From the IMG/VR virus record IMGVR_UViG_3300044611_000958: 20,000 nt of DNA, one strand, 5' to 3'. Below the pieces are notes generated by a model that was given only the letters and a program-made list of their open reading frames with translations, ran no database searches and was not told the DNA's origin. The translations under genes and the position numbers were made by a program. The DNA is from an uncultured virus (IMG/VR IMGVR_UViG_3300044611_000958) (taxonomy: Duplodnaviria > Heunggongvirae > Uroviricota > Caudoviricetes). Shown here piece after piece: positions 17,719-20,000 of the stretch (position 1 is its first letter; every line of letters starts with the position of its first letter).

Positions 17719-18195
17719 TTAAGCCTTCTGTATTAAAACCCAAGCCACGCCTAGGAAATATTGATTTAATTTAGCTTTTTCTTCAGTAGATAGTGTGTGA
17801 TTTTCTTCGCCGGTTATATCTTTTATTAAAGTAGTGATTACCTCTGGTAAAGACTTGTACTTACCTACTATTGAGTTCTTAAAAAACTTCTTGCCAGCTA
17901 AAACATATACATCGTTTAGTTTTTGTATATCGGTATCATAATTAACTAAACTATTTGCAAACTCATAATTAAATATTGCAATTTTTGCCCTATCTGTTGG
18001 GTCTGAAATTAGTTCTGAGAATACCTTAACTCTATCTAAAATTTCAGCCGATGGCTTATCAATATTTAAAATAGATACTTCTGGAGCAGGAGCAGGTTTT
18101 GGTGTTGGGGTATCTAAAATGTCTAATAGTCCACCGCCAAATATTGCATATAATATTAGTGACAGGGATATGATTGATAAAATTATTTTTTTCAT
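17719..18195 (-). CDS. exported or membrane-anchored protein with Pro-rich linker
   Basis: MKK followed by a hydrophobic stretch, PTPKPAPAP, then a helical domain. Confidence 0.75.
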   Translation of the reverse strand: MKKIILSIISLSLILYAIFGGGLLDILDTPTPKPAPAPEVSILNIDKPSAEILDRVKVFSELISDPTDRAKIAIFNYEFANSLVNYDTDIQKLNDVYVLAGKKFFKNSIVGKYKSLPEVITTLIKDITGEENHTLSTEEKAKLNQYFLGVAWVLIQKA

Positions 18196-18473
18196 TTTTT
18201 ATCCTCTGTAGATTTATCATTAAGCAATGGAAATACTTCGTCCAATTTTTCTGAAGCGTTTTTTAATCCATATAGCTCACAGTTATATTTGAGCTTATAC
18301 CACAAGTCTATAATGTGTAAAAACAACTTATCATTTTTACTTGGTTCAGACGCAGGAGTATTTTCTTTATTGAGAAATTTATCCAATATCCAATTAAAGT
18401 CTGTTAATGTAAAAAAAAGAATTAGTACACCAACCAAAAGCGCTACAGTTCTTAAAAAAAATTCTGGTTCCAT
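18192..18473 (-). CDS. small protein with N-terminal transmembrane helix
   Basis: TVALLVGVLILFFTL hydrophobic segment, GGAG RBS, and ATGA overlap with the downstream gene. Confidence 0.75.
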   Translation of the reverse strand: MEPEFFLRTVALLVGVLILFFTLTDFNWILDKFLNKENTPASEPSKNDKLFLHIIDLWYKLKYNCELYGLKNASEKLDEVFPLLNDKSTEDKK

Positions 18474-18484
18474 ATAATCTCCAA

Positions 18485-18826
18485 TTATTTTCTAAATTCC
18501 TTCATTATAACATCCTTGCGTTTATTGTTAAATCCCTGAGACTTAGAATGAAATGGACACGGTGTTGTATGATCGTCTCCCTGTATTATAACTCCCGTAC
18601 CCTTACAAATACATTTAGCTGGGTCTTCATTTGGTCCAACAATATCGTCGTTGGGGGTTTTAACATAAATTTCTTTGTGCGCTTCTATAAAAGCTTTTTT
18701 ACATTCAGATTTCCATTCTTCTATGTAATCTACATACATATTGGTTATATCTTCTGTATGTAGACTAAAATTCTGGGCTGTACAGCCGCCGCATAGTAAT
18801 ATTAAAAATATAATAAGATATTTCAT
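18485..18826 (-). CDS. putative lipoprotein/secreted protein with Cys-rich motif
   Basis: MKYLIIFLILLCGG-C is lipobox-like, followed by CICKGTG...PCPFH. Start placed at ATG 18826; the ORF track begins at TTG 18844. Confidence 0.65.
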   Translation of the reverse strand: MKYLIIFLILLCGGCTAQNFSLHTEDITNMYVDYIEEWKSECKKAFIEAHKEIYVKTPNDDIVGPNEDPAKCICKGTGVIIQGDDHTTPCPFHSKSQGFNNKRKDVIMKEFRK

Positions 18827-18860
18827 TGTATTAGATTTCTCCAAGATGACTTAGTACATA

Positions 18861-18873
18861 ATTATATACACTA
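18861..18873 (-). promoter_or_regulatory. putative phage-specific (late?) promoter motif TAGTGTATATAAT
   Basis: Intergenic, and 12/13 identical to the intergenic motif at 13279-13291 in the same orientation. Confidence 0.6.
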
Positions 18874-18875
18874 TA

Positions 18876-20000
18876 CTATATGTCATATTTATCGCGCACT
18901 GCTTGTAAATCTATTGGTGTTAAGCTATAGTTCTCGCCGGGACTCAAGCTTTCTATGATACTATTAACCACAGAGTATCTATCGGTAATAAATGGGCCTT
19001 CTGCTGGCGTTGTTAATAAAGCATGAGTTACGACTAGCTCGTTATCAATAATAAGAAAAAAGGGATTTCCGCTATCTCCAACAACTATGGGTTTATCCCA
19101 TAAATAATTAACATCCTGAATAGTGTTAGATGAATTAGATGCTCCTTCTATCAAATTATACGCTCCAGAAAGCTGATATGGTCCATAATTTTGTGTACCG
19201 AATTGAGTGCCACCTTTCCATCTTTTTAAGATTGCTTCTTCTAATTGGTTCAAAACAACACCATATAGCGGAGGACTAGCCATTATACTTCCATTAATAG
19301 ATGTAGCATTGATATAATTGGTAAAATCTATTGGTAATACCTTGGCTATTTTTATATTAGAGGGAACTTCACTGTCTAATAAAGCTATAGAAATATCTGT
19401 CCAATCATCAGCATATTGTATAATGTTGCGTTTTATAGCATTATTATTCTCGTCTACAAATATTATGGGGGTTCCACCATTTGGCAATATGCTGGTAACA
19501 AAGTGTTTAGCGAATAAAACATGTTTTCTTGTTATTAGGGTTCCGGCGCGAGTATTCCACGCTGCTCCGCTACGTTGTGCTGGACTAAAGCAGCTAATAT
19601 TGCTAACGCCATTTATCCAGCAGTTGGGGTTTCGGACCCATATTCCAGCATCATCAACGCCGCCGTATGGATTCTGAGAAGAATAGACTAGACGATCAGT
19701 AGTTGGGTTTTTACCAACCAGCCTATTTGCTGTGCTAGAGTTAATATGTTGCGGTATAATATCTTTACTAGTGCTTTGTTTACGTATGCATCTAAATGAT
19801 CTTGGGTAATACTTATCATAGACTGTTTGTAAATCTATAGGGTTTAATGAATAATTCTCTCCGGGGCTTAATCCTTCTATTATAGCATTAACTTGATCAT
19901 ATCTCTTGGTAATAAAAGGACCATTAGTAGGAGTCCACCAAGTGGTTAAAACTACCAATTCGTTATCTATGATATAAAAAACTGGGTTTCCACTGTCTCC
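18876..20000 (-). CDS. protein with tandem trypsin-like (PA clan) serine protease domains, 3' portion; begins beyond the right edge
   Basis: The frame stays open to 20000 (GDSGNPVFYIIDNEL precedes the ORF-track start). The complete C-terminal domain has triad motifs GTLITRKHVLFAKH, DISIALLD and VGDSGNP. Confidence 0.88.
   Translation of the reverse strand, partial: GDSGNPVFYIIDNELVVLTTWWTPTNGPFITKRYDQVNAIIEGLSPGENYSLNPIDLQTVYDKYYPRSFRCIRKQSTSKDIIPQHINSSTANRLVGKNPTTDRLVYSSQNPYGGVDDAGIWVRNPNCWINGVSNISCFSPAQRSGAAWNTRAGTLITRKHVLFAKHFVTSILPNGGTPIIFVDENNNAIKRNIIQYADDWTDISIALLDSEVPSNIKIAKVLPIDFTNYINATSINGSIMASPPLYGVVLNQLEEAILKRWKGGTQFGTQNYGPYQLSGAYNLIEGASNSSNTIQDVNYLWDKPIVVGDSGNPFFLIIDNELVVTHALLTTPAEGPFITDRYSVVNSIIESLSPGENYSLTPIDLQAVRDKYDI
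18885..20000 (-). repeat. intragenic domain duplication, period about 921-924 nt
   Basis: 19809-20000 and 18885-19079 encode homologous peptides: 15/17 identical over GDSG...ELVV and 30/38 identical over GPFIT...DKY. Confidence 0.9.

Noticed and set aside
5..19677. All plus-strand ORFs in the track (e.g. 5-214, 3707-3964, 8940-9212, 15750-16049, 19318-19677)
   Set aside because: They are short antisense shadows lying over well-supported minus-strand genes and have no recognisable motifs.
1..20000. Stop-codon reassignment as seen in some large phages
   Set aside because: Genes are full length under the standard code, and TAA, TAG and TGA all serve as terminators at expected C-termini.
18885..20000. 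Repeat pair as the template/variable repeats of a diversity-generating retroelement
   Set aside because: Differences are not adenine-specific, include an indel and many synonymous changes, and both copies are in-frame protein domains. No reverse transcriptase is present in the window.

Overview
AT-rich, densely packed segment of a large dsDNA bacteriophage genome. All credible genes lie on the minus strand, many with overlapping or abutting stop/start codons, and the standard genetic code applies. Read in transcription order (20000 to 1), the window has five blocks. (1) The 3' part of a gene with at least two tandem trypsin-fold serine protease domains, then four small envelope-targeted ORFs. 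(2) Nucleotide metabolism: class Ia nrdA and nrdB, dUTPase, a free-standing His-Me-finger endonuclease and PhoH. (3) Replication and recombination: FmdB-type Zn ribbon, hypotheticals, RecA-like recombinase, PD-(D/E)XK nuclease, DnaB, DnaG, dNMP kinase and a Cas4/RecB-like nuclease. (4) A GT-A glycosyltransferase with ppGalNAc-T-like motifs, a modular putative virion protein and a small membrane protein. (5) The 5' part of a DnaE (Pol III alpha) with a shrunken PHP domain, which the ORF track misses. The most notable observations are a repeated TAGTGTATAT(A/T)AT promoter-like motif, an RBS-sequestering hairpin over the endonuclease start, the tandem protease with divergent specificity segments, and the ppGalNAc-T-like enzyme. 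All family assignments come from motif recognition by eye; no database searches were run.
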